DNA from: Mobula hypostoma
Lineage: Eukaryota
Reading direction: 5' to 3'
NCBI RefSeq assembly: GCF_963921235.1
Contig: NC_086097.1
Span: forward strand, 146,136,001-146,200,000
Length of the DNA: 64,000 bases
In this document: piece after piece, positions 1 to 12,672 of the stretch
Layout of the letters: every line of letters starts with the position of its first letter
Numbering within the stretch: the first letter of the stretch is position 1
Made by a program: the position numbers and the translations under genes
The notes under the pieces: model-generated
What the model was told of the DNA's origin: nothing
The model's input: the letters and a program-made list of their open reading frames with translations, nothing else
Databases searched by the model: none

Positions 1-470
1 ACCTCATTCAGAACTCTGGGGTGTGGTGCATCTGGTGCAGGTGACTTATCTACCTTCAGACCTTTTAGCCTCCCAAGCAGCTTCTCTTTATTAATAGCAA
101 CGACACTTAATTTCTGCATTCTGACATTTTGACAGGGTGAATTCTATCATGTTATGATCACTGCCTCCTATAGGTTCATTTACCTCATGCTCATTAATCA
201 AATCTAGTTCAGTATTCAACACCCAATCCAGAATTGTCTTTCCCTTAATGGGCTTGACCACAAGCTGCTCTGGAAACCCATCTTGTAGCATTCTGCAAAT
301 TCCCTTTCATGAGATTACACACCAACCCAATTTTCCCATTCTAGCTACACATTGAAATCCCCCATGACTATCATGACATTGCCCTATTTACATACCTTTT
401 CTATTTTCTCTTTAAATTTATATCCCACATCCTGGCTACTGTTTAGGGGCCTGTATATAACTCATCAGGG
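1..470 (-). mobile_element. CR1-clade LINE ORF2 fragments (endonuclease C-terminus joined by a deletion to the RT N-terminus)
   Basis: Minus-strand translation gives ILDWVL...GGSDHNMIEF (APE endonuclease end). Positions 1-70 give LKGLKVDKSPAPDAPHPRVLNE (CR1 RT lead-in). Confidence 0.8.
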
Positions 471-524
471 TAATGTTTTGTCCATTGAATTGCTGCTCGC
501 TGAATGATTGCATCATTTTCTGTA

Positions 525-660
525 ATATCTAGAGACTGTGGGTGAAAGTCCCAGAAGTTTAGCAGTTTTTGAGATACCTAACTACACCCTCTGGCAACAA
601 TAATCATTCCACAGTCAAAGTCACTTAGATCTCATTTGCTCTTCATTCTGATGTGTGGCT
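525..660 (+). mobile_element. Internal fragment of a Tc1/mariner-like non-autonomous element
   Basis: 'caataatcattccacagtcaaagtcacttagatc' is similar to 28989-29040, which lies inside the TIR-bounded element 25401-29163. Confidence 0.55.
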
Positions 661-767
661 ACGAATCGCTGTTGGTTTATCCCATTGATATACCCTATTA
701 GCATGCTTTGTATTTCATTTTACAAAACCCCCCGCACCACCCATTCATCCTCTTCATAAATTATTTT

Positions 768-1807
768 CAGAATCAGATTTATTATCACTGGCATGTGTCG
801 TGAAATTTATTAACTTAGCAGCAGCAGTACAATGCAATACATAATATAGAAGAAGAAAAAAAAATTAATAAGTAAATTACAGTATACATTGAATAGATTA
901 AAAATTGTGCAAAGAACAGAAGTAATATATATTAAAAGGTGAGGTAGTGTTCATGGGTTCAATGTCCATTTAGGAATCGAATGGCAGAGGGGAAGAAGCT
1001 GTTCCTGAATCGCTGAGTGTGTGTCTTCAGGCTTCTGTACCTCCTACCTGATGGTAACAGTGAGAAAAGGGCATTCCCTGGGTGCTGGAGGTCCTTAATA
1101 ATGGACGCTGCCTTTCTGAGACACCGCTCCTTGAAGATGTCCTGGGTAATTTGTAGGTGAATACCCAAGATGGAGCTGACTAGATTTACAACCTTCTGCA
1201 GCTTCTTTCGGTCCTCTGCAGTAGCCCCTCCATACCAGACAGTGATGCAGCCTGTCAGAATGCTCTCCACAATACATCTATAGAAGTTTTTGAGTGTATT
1301 TGTTGACATGCCAAATCTCTTCAAACTCCTAATGAAGTATAGTCGCTGTTTTGCCTTCTTTATAACTGCATCAATATGTTGAGACCAGGTTAGGTCCTCA
1401 GAAATCTTGACACCCAGGAAGTTGAAACTGCTCACTCTATCCACTTCTGATCTCTCTATGAGGATTGGTATGTGTTCCTTTGTCTTACCCTTCCTGAAGT
1501 CCACAATCAGCTCTTTCATCTTATGAACACTGAGTACAAGGTTGTTGCTCCAACACCACTTCACTAGTTGGCATATCTCTCTCCTGTATGCCCTCTCGTC
1601 TCCATCTGAGATTCTACCAACAATTATTGTATCATCAGCAAATTTATAGATTGTGTTTGAGCTATGCCTAGCCACACAATCGTGGGTATAGAGAGAGTAG
1701 AGCAGTGGACTAAGCACACACCGCTGAGGTGCACCAATGTTGATCGTCAGCGAGGAGGAGACGTTATCACCAATCCACACAGATTGTGATCTTCTGGTTA
1801 GGAAGTC
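768..1807 (-). mobile_element. Rex1/Babar-type LINE, 5'-truncated, young (RT C-terminal half, 3'UTR and (ATTCTG)n tail)
   Basis: ORF 959..1780 contains GAPQRCVLSPLLYSLYTHD, KFADDT, FLGVKISEDLTWS and RFRNSFFPSAIRFLN. The tail reads cagaatcaga on the plus strand. Same family as 29782-30900, 38670-38930 and 48923-49625. Confidence 0.9.
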
Positions 1808-1956
1808 CCCAGCATCTATAATGACAATTGTAGAGCTAATGGATTTTCATAAAAACACCCCGGGTTTCCTTCAAGGAAATAAATCTGTCTTCCTTAATTA
1901 GGCTGCTTCTCTCATTTTTTTTAAAAATAGCATTACCATCTGATATTACTACTTTT

Positions 1957-2273
1957 TCATGTGCCTTGCGCGTTACACACTTGGGCGATCATGGCTCTCG
2001 ACGTCGAACAATCCCTCGCAGCGTCAATGATATCTCACACACTTAGATCTGTTAGTTCTTTCACAGTGTCCATATATTTTCTTCTTTGCCTTCCTCTTCC
2101 GCGTTTCCCAGGCATGCAACTTTGTAATGTAAGGCATTCTATTTCTCCCTTTCTGATGACATGGCCCAGGAATTTAATGTTCTCATAAAAGATCTTTTTG
2201 TGTGGGCACGTTAGAGTACTGTCTCATTAGTTACCCTATCTCTATATGATATTTTCAGCAATCTTCTAAGAAA
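1957..2273 (-). mobile_element. RTE-clade LINE, 3' end of the ORF (decayed)
   Basis: My translation is FLRRLLKISYRDRVTNETVL* ... KFLGHVIRKGEIECLTLQSCMPGKRGRGRQRRKYMD, a typical RTE C-terminus with stops and a frameshift. Confidence 0.8.
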
Positions 2274-3030
2274 TATTACTACCATCTGTCTATTTTGTAT
2301 TTGCATAAAGCTATTCTTGATAACACTTTGAATCTAACTGATTGAGAACTTACTTCAGTGATGAATAGAGCCTTGGGAAGATGCTAATATCATTACATAT
2401 TGAGCTGAAGATTGTTGCAAAACATTCTGCTTAACCTGTCGCATTTCTGTGCTGGATTACACCATTGCTCTATGACAGTTGTCACAGTATCTGTCATGAA
2501 CCTGGCCCTGACACACAGAGAAAAGCAGAATGCTTGTGTCAGAATGTTGTGTCTGGATTTCAGTTCAGCATTCATTACTGTTGTCCCACAGATCCTGGTG
2601 AACTAACTCCTACTCCTCAGTCTAAATACACCACTGTGCAACTGGCTGCTGGACTTCCTAACGAACAGACCTCAGATGGTCAGCATGGGTGCCCCCCCAG
2701 GGCTGTGGGATGAGCCCGTTGCTGTAAACTGCTCACACAGGTCTGCATGACCAAACACCTGAGTAATCACATTGTTAAGTTCACTGATGACACAACAGTG
2801 GTGGTACTCATCACCAACAATGACCAGACAGTCTACAAGGGAGGAGGTGGAAGAGCTCAAGGCCTGGTGACAGGCAGATACCCTCCTTAATGACAACAAG
2901 GCAAAGAAGGTGGTTATCAATTTCAGGAGAACTTGTGCCACGCACACTCCTTTTATATGGGTGACACAGCTGTGGAAACTGCAAGCAGTTTCAAACTCCT
3001 CGGAATGCATGTCTCATACAACCTCTCATC

Positions 3031-4207
3031 AGATTAGATTGAGGACACTCAGTCTTCGTTTATTGTCATTTAGAAATGCATGCATTAAAAAATGATACAA
3101 AGTTCTTCCGGTATGATATCACAGAAACACAAGACAGACCAAGACCAAATCTGACAAAAAACACATAATTATAACATATAGAAACATAGAAAATAGGTGT
3201 AGGAGTAGGCCATTTGGCCCTTCGAGCCTGCACTGCCATTTATTGTGATCATGGCTGATCATCCAACTCAGAACCCTGTACCAGCCTTCCCTCCATACTC
3301 CCTGATCCCTTTAGCCACAAGGGCCATATCTAACTCCCTCTTAAATATAGCCAATGAACTGGCCTCACCTGTTTCCCGTGGCAGAGAATTCCACAGATTC
3401 ACCACTCTCTGTGTGAAGAAGTTTTCCCTAATCTCGGTCCTAAAAGGCTTCTCCTTTATCCTCAAACTGTGACCCCTCATTCTGGACTTCCCCAACATCG
3501 GGAACAATCTTCCTGCATCTAGCCTGTCCAATCCCTTTAGAATTTTATACGTTTCAATAAGATCCCCCCTCAACCTTCTAAATTCCAACGAGTATAAGCT
3601 TAGTCGATCCAGTCTTTCATCACATGAAAGTCCTGCTATCCCAGGAATCAATCTGGTGAACCTTCTTTGTACTCCCTCTATGGCAAGAATAGTTACAACA
3701 GTGCAAAGCAATATCGTAATTTGATAAGAGCAGATCATGGACACGGTAAAAAAAGTCTCAAGGTCCCGATAGTCCCAACATCTCACGCAGACGGTAGAAG
3801 GAAGAAACTCTCCCTGCCATGAGCTTCCAGCGCCGCAAAGTTGCCGATGCTGCATCCTGGAAGCACCCGACCACAGTCCCTCTCTGAGTCCGTCCGAAAA
3901 CTTTGAGCATCCGACCAGCCCTCCGACACCGAGCACCATCCCTGCCGAGCGCTTCAACCCCGACCCCGGCCACCAAGCAACAGACAAAGCCGAGGATTCG
4001 GGGCCTCCCCCTCCAGAGATTTCGAATCACACAGTAGCAGCGGCAGTGAAGCAGGCATTTCAGAAGTTTCACCAGATGTTCCTCCATGCTGTCACGTCTG
4101 CCTCCATCAAATCAGAATTGTGCACAGCCTCCTACTTGACAGATTACAGATGTTCATCACCGGAGAGGCCGCGCGCGCTGCGTCGCGTCGCCATCTTCTC
4201 CTCCTCC
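3031..4207 (-). mobile_element. Non-autonomous retroposon (no RT), CpG-rich 5' end and (AATCT)n tail
   Basis: Interrupts the Rex1 ORF. The 5' end is ggaggagaagatggcgacgcgacgc and the 3' end is aatgacaataaa...aatctaatct. Itself interrupted by a CR1 fragment. Confidence 0.6.
3178..3690 (-). mobile_element. CR1 LINE 3' end (young)
   Basis: Translates as AIEGVQRRFTRLIPG...RGDLIETYKIL...TQRVVNLWNSLP...GKAGTGF, followed by a (TTTCTATG)n tail. Confidence 0.92.
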
Positions 4208-5464
4208 CAACAATTGTCCCAGAACACAGCCTACGCGGTCATTGAAGCTGACCAATGCCTCTACTTTATGCGGAGGCTGTAAAGAGTTGGGCTATGTACA
4301 TCCATACTTGTGTCATTTTACAGTTGTGCAGTTGAGAGGATCCTAACAAGCTTACTGCTCGGTGCAGTAACTGCACTGCTACAGGTGGGAAGGCTCTACA
4401 ACGGGTAGTCAAAGCTGTCCAACACATCGCTGGCAGCAGCCTACCCACCATCAAGGACACGTATACAAAAAGATGCCGGCAAAGGGCTAGAAACATCATG
4501 AAGGATCCCACCCACCCTACTCATGGACTGTTTGTCCCACTCCCGTCAAGGAGGAGGCTCCATAACATCCACACCAGGGCCACCAGACTCAAAAACAGTT
4601 ACTTTCCCCAAGCAGTAAAGCTGATCAATACTTCCACCCACTAACCCACCCCTCCACTCCCTTAACCACCACTACTTTATTTCCTGTCAGCTCCCTTATA
4701 TACAGACACTTCTGTGCCTAATATCACTTTATGGATGGCCAAACAATCAATCTATGTTTATAAGCTTTCTTCTGTATTTATATCTATTGTTTTTAATTAT
4801 TATTGTGTTCTTTATCTTGTTTTTTGCTGCTGCATCAGCTCTGGAGTAACAACTAATTTGTTCTCCTTTACACTTGTGTACAAGACATGACATTAAACAA
4901 TCTTTAACCTTGAATCTTGCTGAGGCTGGAAACTGTGGGGTGCTTGATTGTTTTTCATTGCTCATGAGTGAATGTGGCAGGTATGTAGAGCTTTGGTCAC
5001 GTCTCTGGTAGGATTGCTTAGCTCTTCTGCTTTTGTAACACATTTTCATTTATTTCGGACTCTGCAACTGGGACAACCTTCTGCGTTCTTTCCTGAATCA
5101 GGACTGGTCTGCTGATTTGATGGGGGTAGTTGTGATGTGAAGAATGAGCTACACTATGGGATTATAGATCATGGGGGAGTACAGTTCTATTCCAGCTACA
5201 GCTGAACCATGTTCATCTTTGGGTTGTTCATCTTGTTCTAAATCCATCCCGTGGATAACAAAGTAAAGCAGTATATGTATGGTGTTGATCAGTCCACCTT
5301 TTTCTACTGCATCATGCCAGACTTTGATCTCCTTACCCAAACAAAAGTACATTGGGCCCACCTTTTATTCAAATTCCTCTGTCTTTCCATGAGCATTTGC
5401 CTGTCACAAAAGGCATCTTCAGCTTTAAATAGTGGGACTACCCTTGTGCCAGAATTCTTTTGGG

Positions 5465-5944
5465 ATAGAAACATAGAAAATAGGTGCAGGAGTAGGTCAT
5501 TCGGCCCTTCGAGCCTGCACCGCCAGTCAGTATGATCATGGCTGATCATCCAACTCAGAACCCTGTACCAGCCTTCCCTCCATACCCCCGATCCCTTTAG
5601 CCTCAAGGGCCATATCTAACTCCCTCTTAAGTATAGCCAATGAACTGGCCTCAACTGTTTCCTGTGGCAGAGAATTCCACAGATTCACTACTCTCTGTGT
5701 GAAGAAGTTTTTCTTAATCTCGGTCCTAAAAGGCTTCCCCTTTGTCCTCAAACTGTGACCCCTTGTTCTGGACTTCCCCAACTTCGGGAACAATCTCCCT
5801 GCATTTAGCCTGTCCAATCCTTTTAGGATTTTATAGGTTTCAATAAGTTCCCCCCTCAATCTTCTAAATTCCAGCGAGTATAAGCCTAGTCAATCCAGTC
5901 TTTCATCATATGAAAGTCCTACCATCCCAGGAATGCAATCTGGT
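5465..5944 (-). mobile_element. CR1 LINE 3' end (young)
   Basis: ORF 5536..5859 and the same 3'UTR and tail as 3178-3690. Confidence 0.92.
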
Positions 5945-6210
5945 TGCATCTCTTTCTACTCGTTCACACAGCTTTGGGACCTGTCCAACTCTAAGCTCAG
6001 CCCTAAGCCTCAGAACAGCACAGTTGGCATGACCACTCACTTCCCACTGTTGCAACATCATCTGTATTCATTATATCTTCAGCAACCATTCATCAGTGCG
6101 TTCTTCACCTCACAAAGCTGGCTTTTGTTGGCTTGCCGACGTGGAATAGGCAAAAGAACTGATTCCAAAGTAAATTTCAAACTAGCCCAGTCTTAGTCCT
6201 TTTTCTTCTG

Positions 6211-6575
6211 TTCAAAGTTTAAATTAAATTTATTATCAAAGTACATGTATGTCACCATATATAACCCTGAGATTCATTCTATTTTCTTGCAAGCATTTAT
6301 AGTAAATACGAAGAAACACAACAGAATCAATGAAAAATAAAATGCACACAAACAAAGAATGGACAAACAACCAATCTGCAAAAGATACCAAATTGTGCAA
6401 GTACAAAAAGAAATAATGTTTAAATAAATAAATAAACCATATTGAGGACTTGAGCTGTAGAGTCCCTTGAAAATGAGTCTATAGTTTATGGAATCAGGTC
6501 AGTGTCGAGGTGAGTGAAGTTATCCACTCTAGTTTAGGAGCCCGAGGGTTGATGGGTATTTACTGTTCCTGAACA
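6211..6575 (-). mobile_element. Rex1/Babar-type 3'UTR fragment
   Basis: 'tttattatcaaagtacatgtatgtcaccatatataaccctgagattc' resembles the tails at 16285-16750 and 18085-18530. Confidence 0.6.
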
Positions 6576-7172
6576 GTATTAGACCTGGTTACATATGTAA
6601 TTTTAAAAAAATTGATCGTATCACTTCTTCCTCATGGCAGTATGAACTAAAATAGTAAGGAAATCTGTAGAAACATATTAATACTCTGATCCAGCATTTT
6701 AATAGAAGATTGAATTGAAAGGATTAATGAATGTTTATGAAACAGATTCCAAACTTCAATCCATAGGCAGTTGTATGTTAACTTTTGCTCGGCATGAATC
6801 TGAAGACTGCTGTTTTATGAATTAGCTGCTCAACAGGAAGCTTATGAAGAAAAGACCTAACTATGGAAAAGTTGAAACTAAAGTGTATTTGCTGATGCAT
6901 TTATTCCACAGAACAATGGAAGCCTCAGAGCTACGAAAGGTGGGAACTCACACAGGATCACCCTTTGCTTTTCTTTTGCAGAGAACAATAATTTCCTGGT
7001 TGTAATTGCTCAGCAAGAGAAATCAGAGGAAGTTTCTTGTGTGTAAGGTTCAATTATTTCTAGCCATGTTCAGTACACTTGAGATTAGATTGTGGTAATG
7101 GAGGAAAGCAATCTATGTGCCTCTGTCACTGATGCACTGCCTTGGCACCAAACTCAAGTCCAAGTTTAAGTT

Positions 7173-8023
7173 CATTCTTTTTCAATCTTTTTTATTGAGT
7201 TTCAAATTGATAAACATAACAATGATAATGATACAAAGAGATCGGGATTACATTAATAACGGTTAACGTATACAGACACAGACTCCGAGTAACATATTTA
7301 ATTTAAACCTCCCAATCTCTTAATAACTGAACATGAAAAAGATTCAAAAAGAAGTTTTTACCCCCTACGCTAAAAAACAAAACAGAAACTGGGCTGCCAT
7401 ATTTCATTGTTAAGATCATTATTTGTCATTAACTCCACTCCTCTAAACACAAACAAAAATTTATTAAAAAGGATTCGGAAAAGGTCAACTTACATCATAT
7501 GAAAATGTTGAATAAGTGGCCTCCAAGTATCTTCAAATTTAACTGAAGGATCAGTGGTACCACTCCTAATTTTTTTCCAAATTTAAACATGTTATAGTTT
7601 GGGAAAACCATTGAAATGTAGTAGGGGGATTAGAATCTTTCCATTTAAATAAAATGGATCTTCTGGCTATTAATGTAACAAATGCAATCAAACGACAAGC
7701 TGAAGGGGATACATGAATAAAGTCTATCATTGGTAATCCAAAAATTGCAGTAATGGAATGAGGTTGTAAATCAATATGTGAAACTAAAATAATATCAAAA
7801 ATGCCTTTCCAATATTTTTCCAAAAGAGGGCAAGACCAGAACATATGTGTCAAGGAAGCTACCTCAGAATTACATCTGTCACAGACAGGATTTATATGAC
7901 CATAAAAACGAGCTAACTTATCCTTAGACATACAGGCCCTATGAACCACCTTAAATTGTATCAAAGCGTGTCTAGCACACATTGAAGAAGCGTTAACTAG
8001 TTGGAGAATTTTCTCCCATTTCT
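7173..8023 (-). mobile_element. L1-clade LINE 3' end (ORF2 C-terminal zinc finger and 3'UTR)
   Basis: Translates as CARHALIQFKVVHR...CDRCNSEVASLTHMFWSC. Has a minus-strand AATAAA and A-rich end. Flanked by the direct repeat caagtttaagtt (7161-7172 and 8024-8035). Confidence 0.9.
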
Positions 8024-8712
8024 CAAGTTTAAGTTTAATTGCCATTCATCCATACATACATAACCATGACTATAGCCAAACGAAACAAAGTCAAACACAG
8101 TGCCAACAGTCATACACAGTACAAGGCACATATAACACATATAGGACAGCAATAAAACAGAGTCACACAAAAAAATGTCCAGGTCCCTGAGTCCATGAAT
8201 GTTGCAGCAGTCTGCAGTCAAACACAATACAGCTTGTTTTCTGCCAAGTGAATCTGGGGGCAACACTGATTCCAGCATGGATACCGCACCACACTGCCTC
8301 TGATATTCTGATGGAGCACCCAACTCCAATGCCCACCCACCACCCACCACCCCCCACCCCAGCATCTGCAAACAAGTGTCACTGCGGCTTGAGGCCCGGT
8401 TCTCGCTATGTCAAGGCCACGTAGCTCCCCACCATTCACCAATAAACAATGAATTGGACATGCAGTATTCCACACCACCAATGTCCAAAAGGGGTCTTTC
8501 GATCACAAGGGAAGCGACTAAGCGGACCACTCACTTGTTAGACTGCAAACCTCCTTTGCACATCGACGCCTCCCTGACGCAGGCAGCAGCACAATCCATA
8601 CCAAATCCAGCTCCTCCACTTTCTCCACCAACAAGCAACTCGCTGATGAGGTTGACCTGCAGTACTTTAAATTATTAATGTCCAGCAGGGTCCTGCGATC
8701 ATAAAAAAACAA
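8024..8712 (-). mobile_element. Non-autonomous retroposon, same family as 25555-26310
   Basis: Shares 'gactgcagactgctgcaacatt(c)atggactca(g)ggac' and other blocks with the 25.6-26.3 kb copy. Has an (AACTT)-type tail and no RT motif. Confidence 0.65.
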
Positions 8713-9164
8713 AATACATTTAACTGAAGTCTATTTGGGTATTATCCATAACTCAACGCAACAATGTCTTTGAGTCAGAAGATTCTGGGCTGAAGTCCCA
8801 CTCCAGAAATTTGTGCAAGTAATTCGAGCTAATATTTGGTGCAGTCCTGAATGTTAGTTTCACTGTCAGAGGTGCCATTTTTCAGATAAAATATTGAGCC
8901 ATGATTTCCATCAATCTCCACAATATTGCATAGCTCTAGTTTGGTCAAATGAATAAAATATGAGAAGGTGCCTGAGATTTATGTTAAAAAACGTGGAGGA
9001 ATAAATACTTTAAACAGTAATTACTTGATGGAGGTTGGTAACGAGGAACTCCAGAAAAAATATTGACTTCATCAGCTAGATAAGTATTGTGACTTATGGA
9101 TTAATGCATTAATCATAAAACTTTGTCAGATGAAATTCTCTCCTATTTACATAAACAGAGATGG

Positions 9165-9450
9165 AACTACCAGCAGGCTCAAGGACAGCTTCTATTTCAC
9201 TGTTATAAAGTGAGATTGTCGAATTGTTCCCTAGTATGATAGGGTGGACCCTTGACCTCTCAATCTTCCTGGTTATGGTCTCTACCTTATTGTTTACCTG
9301 CACTACACTTTCTTTGTGACTGTTACACTCCATTCTGCATTCTGTTATTGTTCACGGCACCGTGTAAAATTCAATCTGTATGAAATGCATGGAAGACAAG
9401 CTTTTCACTGTACCTCAGTACACGTGACGATAATAAACCAATTTCATTTC
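9165..9450 (+). mobile_element. Rex1/Babar-type 3' end fragment
   Basis: Translates as TSRLKDSFY, followed by a 3'UTR ending gtgacgataataaaccaatt. Confidence 0.6.
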
Positions 9451-10024
9451 AGTTTCCAGTTCCAATTCAGCTTGCGTGCATCTGTATGTAGATGGTGGAG
9501 AAATGACATACGGAGGGCAGAAAAAGGCCATTGTTTTCAGGAGGTCACAAACAGCAAAGGAAGTGGCAGGAAATAGTTCTAACAACAAAGATGATTCTAA
9601 AAAGTAAGCATGTAGGTGGATGAGAAAGCTTGGATGTATTATATCAATGGACAAGGCCAACGAGTGCACCTGCTCAGCTGTGGCAATGACATCACACATA
9701 CACAGTACAGACTTCATTAGTATACCTCTGTCTCTCTTGCAGAGCACTGTGATATGCATTTGCAGAAGGTTTGGTACAGAAATAACTGCATCTCTTACTC
9801 CTGTGGAGGAACCAGTGTTGATCACAATTGGATTGGTGATTCCCAGAACCATAGCAGGGGTGAAATTCTATTACTGACATCACACTTGTCGTCTTCACAC
9901 TGCCTGATGCAGGATTTTGACCAAAACCATTGACAATTCATTTTCCCTACAAATACTGAGTTCATTCAGCAGTTTGTTGCCAGAATACTAGAGTTTAATA
10001 TTCTAATGTATGCTATCTCTTACC

Positions 10025-10915
10025 TTAGTTTAAACTAGGATTGCTGGGTGGGTGGGACCCAAACTGAAGAGACGGAGGAACAGGCGGTTGGCTCACAAAT
10101 AGAGAAAGCTTGGAAAGAGTGTCTGAGGGAGGATAGGCAGGTGATAGAGAAGGGATGCGCTCAGACCGATGGTTTGAGATGTGTCTATTTTAATACAAGG
10201 AGTATTATGAACAAAGCAGATGAGCTTAGAGTGTGGATAGGTACTTGGGGTTATAATGTTGTGGCCATTACAGAGACTTGGATGGCTCGGGGCAGGAATG
10301 GTTACTTCGAGTGCCAGGCTTTAGATGTTTCAGAAAGGACAGGGAGGGAAGCAAAAGAGGTGGGGGCGTGGCACTGTTGATCAGAGATAGTGTCACGGCT
10401 GCAGAAAAGGAGGAAGTCGTGGAGGGGTTATCTACTGAGTCTCTGTGGGCGGAAGTTAGGAACAGGAAGGGGTCAATAACTCTACTGGGTGTTTTTTTTT
10501 ACAGACTACCCAATAGTAACAGGGACATCGAGGAGCAGAAAGGGAGACAGATTCTGGAAAGGAGTAATAATAACAGGGTTGTCGTGGTGGGAGATTTTAA
10601 TTTCCCGAGTATTGATTGACATCTCCCTAGAGCAAGGGGTTTAGATGGGGTGGAGTTTAAGTGTGTTCAGGAAGGTTTCTTGACACAATATGTAGATGAG
10701 CCTACAAGAGGAGAGGCTGTACTTGATCTGGTATTTGGAAAATGAACCTGGTCAAGTGCCAGATCTCTCAGTGGGAGAGCATTTTGGAGATAGTGATCAC
10801 AATTCTATCTCCTTTACCATAGCATTGGAGAGGGATAGGAACAAACAAGTTAGGAAAGTATTTAATTGGAGTAAGGGGAAATATGAGGCTATCAGGCAGA
10901 AACTTGGAAGCAGGA
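10025..10915 (+). mobile_element. CR1 LINE, ORF2 APE endonuclease domain (frameshifted)
   Basis: Motifs LRCVYFNTRSIMNKADEL, VVAITETW, RGGGVALLIR, VVVGDFNFP and GDSDHNSISF. Confidence 0.9.
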
Positions 10916-11525
10916 AAATGGGGTCTCATATGCCAGGCTGCTATTTGTAGATTTTGGCACAGTACTTAACACCATCATAACGGTGGGGAAACTATCCTCA
11001 CTGGGTCTTAACACTTCCCTCTGTAACAGGATCCTGGATTTCTTCACAGAAAGGCCATAGGCAGACCTCGTGGTCTTTCGTCCCTTTACGCTCCCCAGGT
11101 CTGTGGACTCAGTCTACTGCTGTTTACGGTGCTGATGCATGACTGTATCACAGGATTCAGTTCAACCCGTGTCATCAGGTATCCCACCCATCCATCCAGC
11201 ATCCTCTTTGACTTTCTACCATCAGGCAGGAGACTCCGATATATAAAATCAACAACGGTCAGGATGAGAAGAAGTTTCTTCCTTCAGGCTATTAGGCTTC
11301 TGAAATCCCTGCCGCATCGCATTCAAAATGTCACTGGTTAATCTCTTCCATACCTGACAATATTTAATTTATGCACTTTACTTTTTTTTATGTGTAATTC
11401 ATCTGTAGATTTTATCCTTGCTTTCCTATGTTATTGTGTGTTATGTGTACTACTCTGCTTTATACCCTGGTTTGGAGAAACAGACGGTCTGCACATATAT
11501 AGTTACAGTAAATGACAATAGACTT
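10916..11525 (+). mobile_element. Internally deleted Rex1/Babar LINE
   Basis: YARLLFVDF...NTII jumps to PTHPSSILFDFLPSGRRLR. The 3'UTR matches 42000-42367. Confidence 0.75.
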
Positions 11526-12061
11526 TTAGCTGCAGCTGTAAATACAGCACTAGATTCTGCATTCTATTTTTTGTTTTTCCAATTAACTTTTGTTTAAAAA
11601 AAATGTTTATGGATTGCTTGCAAAACTAAGTTTTTCTCTGTATCTCGGTGCATGTGACAGTAGCACACCAATGCCAATTCTAATTCTCCATTCCCTCTCA
11701 TAGCTCACTATATTACAGGATCACTCAGTGCTCCACAGAATTTTCTTTCCACTGAAAGTGCATTGGAAGGCTGCATTCAGCTCCAAAGATCGTGAGTTGA
11801 CTCAGACAAGCCATGTCAGCCATGGAAATATTCATCCATGCCAAGTATACACAAGTATACATGATCAAGGCAAGTATACTCATTATGTGTGTTTGGAGTT
11901 CAGAGAGCAGGTAAATGAAACTGCAGCAAGACAAGCTGCACATGGGATGTGAAAAAAGTGAGCCAGTAAGCAAGTTTATTTTTTAATCCATGAATCGGGT
12001 AGAGCAATAGTTTCTTACGCAAATTTTCTATGTGAATGGCTTAAACAGCAAGCCACTAATC

Positions 12062-12195
12062 GTTAGTCCTGACGAAGGGTCTCGGCCCAAAATGTCGACT
12101 GTACTTCTTCCTAGAGATGCTGCCTCGCCTGCTGCACTCACCAGCTACTTTGTGTGTTGCTTGAATTTCCAGCATCTGCAGAATTCCTCGTGTTT
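12062..12195 (+). mobile_element. Penelope-like element terminal repeat (pLTR) with a mutated hammerhead
   Basis: Motif reads agtc-CTGACGA-agggtctcggccc-aAAA-tgtc-gact. TSD aagccact(a/g)atc at 12050-12061 and 12196-12207. Confidence 0.85.
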
Positions 12196-12558
12196 AAGCC
12201 ACTGATCAGTGGTTGTTACCATAAGTAAAATTCATTTAAAAAAAACCTTTTTGGTTCTACTAACCAAGACAGCAAACTAACATTACAATACAATACACCT
12301 CCACCCTCAAATGTATCAACAGCTATTGTTTATCAAACAAAAAAGCAAGAAATTGCTTTAAAATAAATTTAATCAGGCTAGCGTCTGGCAAATGTTTTGT
12401 ACTACAAAATGTGAAGGATTTTGAGTGGAAGCTGGAGACCAATATGATACTCAGATCAGCACTGTTTTGGGTACAGCTTGTGCCTCCAATGATTAGATTA
12501 AAAACAATGTCTTCACTTTTGTTGGTAATATTTGAAGGCTCCACAGCAACAATGTGAT

Positions 12559-12672
12559 CTCTTACTAGCTCTTCTTTGAGTTAGTCCTGACGAAGGGTCT
12601 CGGCCCGAAACGTCGATGTACCTCTTCCTAGAGATGTTGCCTGGCCTGCTGCATTCACCAGCAACTTTTATG
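12559..12672 (+). mobile_element. Penelope-like pLTR fragment
   Basis: Matches 22698-22766 and 12062-12150. Possible TSD aa(t/c)gtgat at 12551-12558 and 12673-12680. Confidence 0.8.
12583..12618 (+). ncRNA. Minimal type I hammerhead ribozyme motif (core intact, stem I weakened)
   Basis: Reads agtc CTGACGA agggtctcggccc GAAA c GTC gatg, with the CUGANGA and GAAA boxes, a ggg/ccc stem II and a GUC triplet. Confidence 0.7.

Larger units (their letters stand above)
2470..4919 (+). mobile_element. Older Rex1/Babar LINE, split at about 3031-4207 by nested insertions
   Basis: Left half reads VRMLCLDFSSAF and KFTDDT. The right half resumes SQNTAYAVIEADQCLYFMRRL...TRLKNSYFPQAVKLIN, then a 3'UTR ending aatctttaaccttgaatcttg. 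Confidence 0.8.

Noticed and set aside
959..1780. 273-aa ORF as a cellular gene (its WSQHIDAVIKKAKQRLYF block resembles DUF1891)
   Set aside because: It is the RT C-terminus of a multi-copy Rex1/Babar LINE and carries the element's tail.
3268..3987. 239-aa ORF as a novel fusion protein
   Set aside because: Chance read-through from a non-autonomous element into a nested CR1 fragment.
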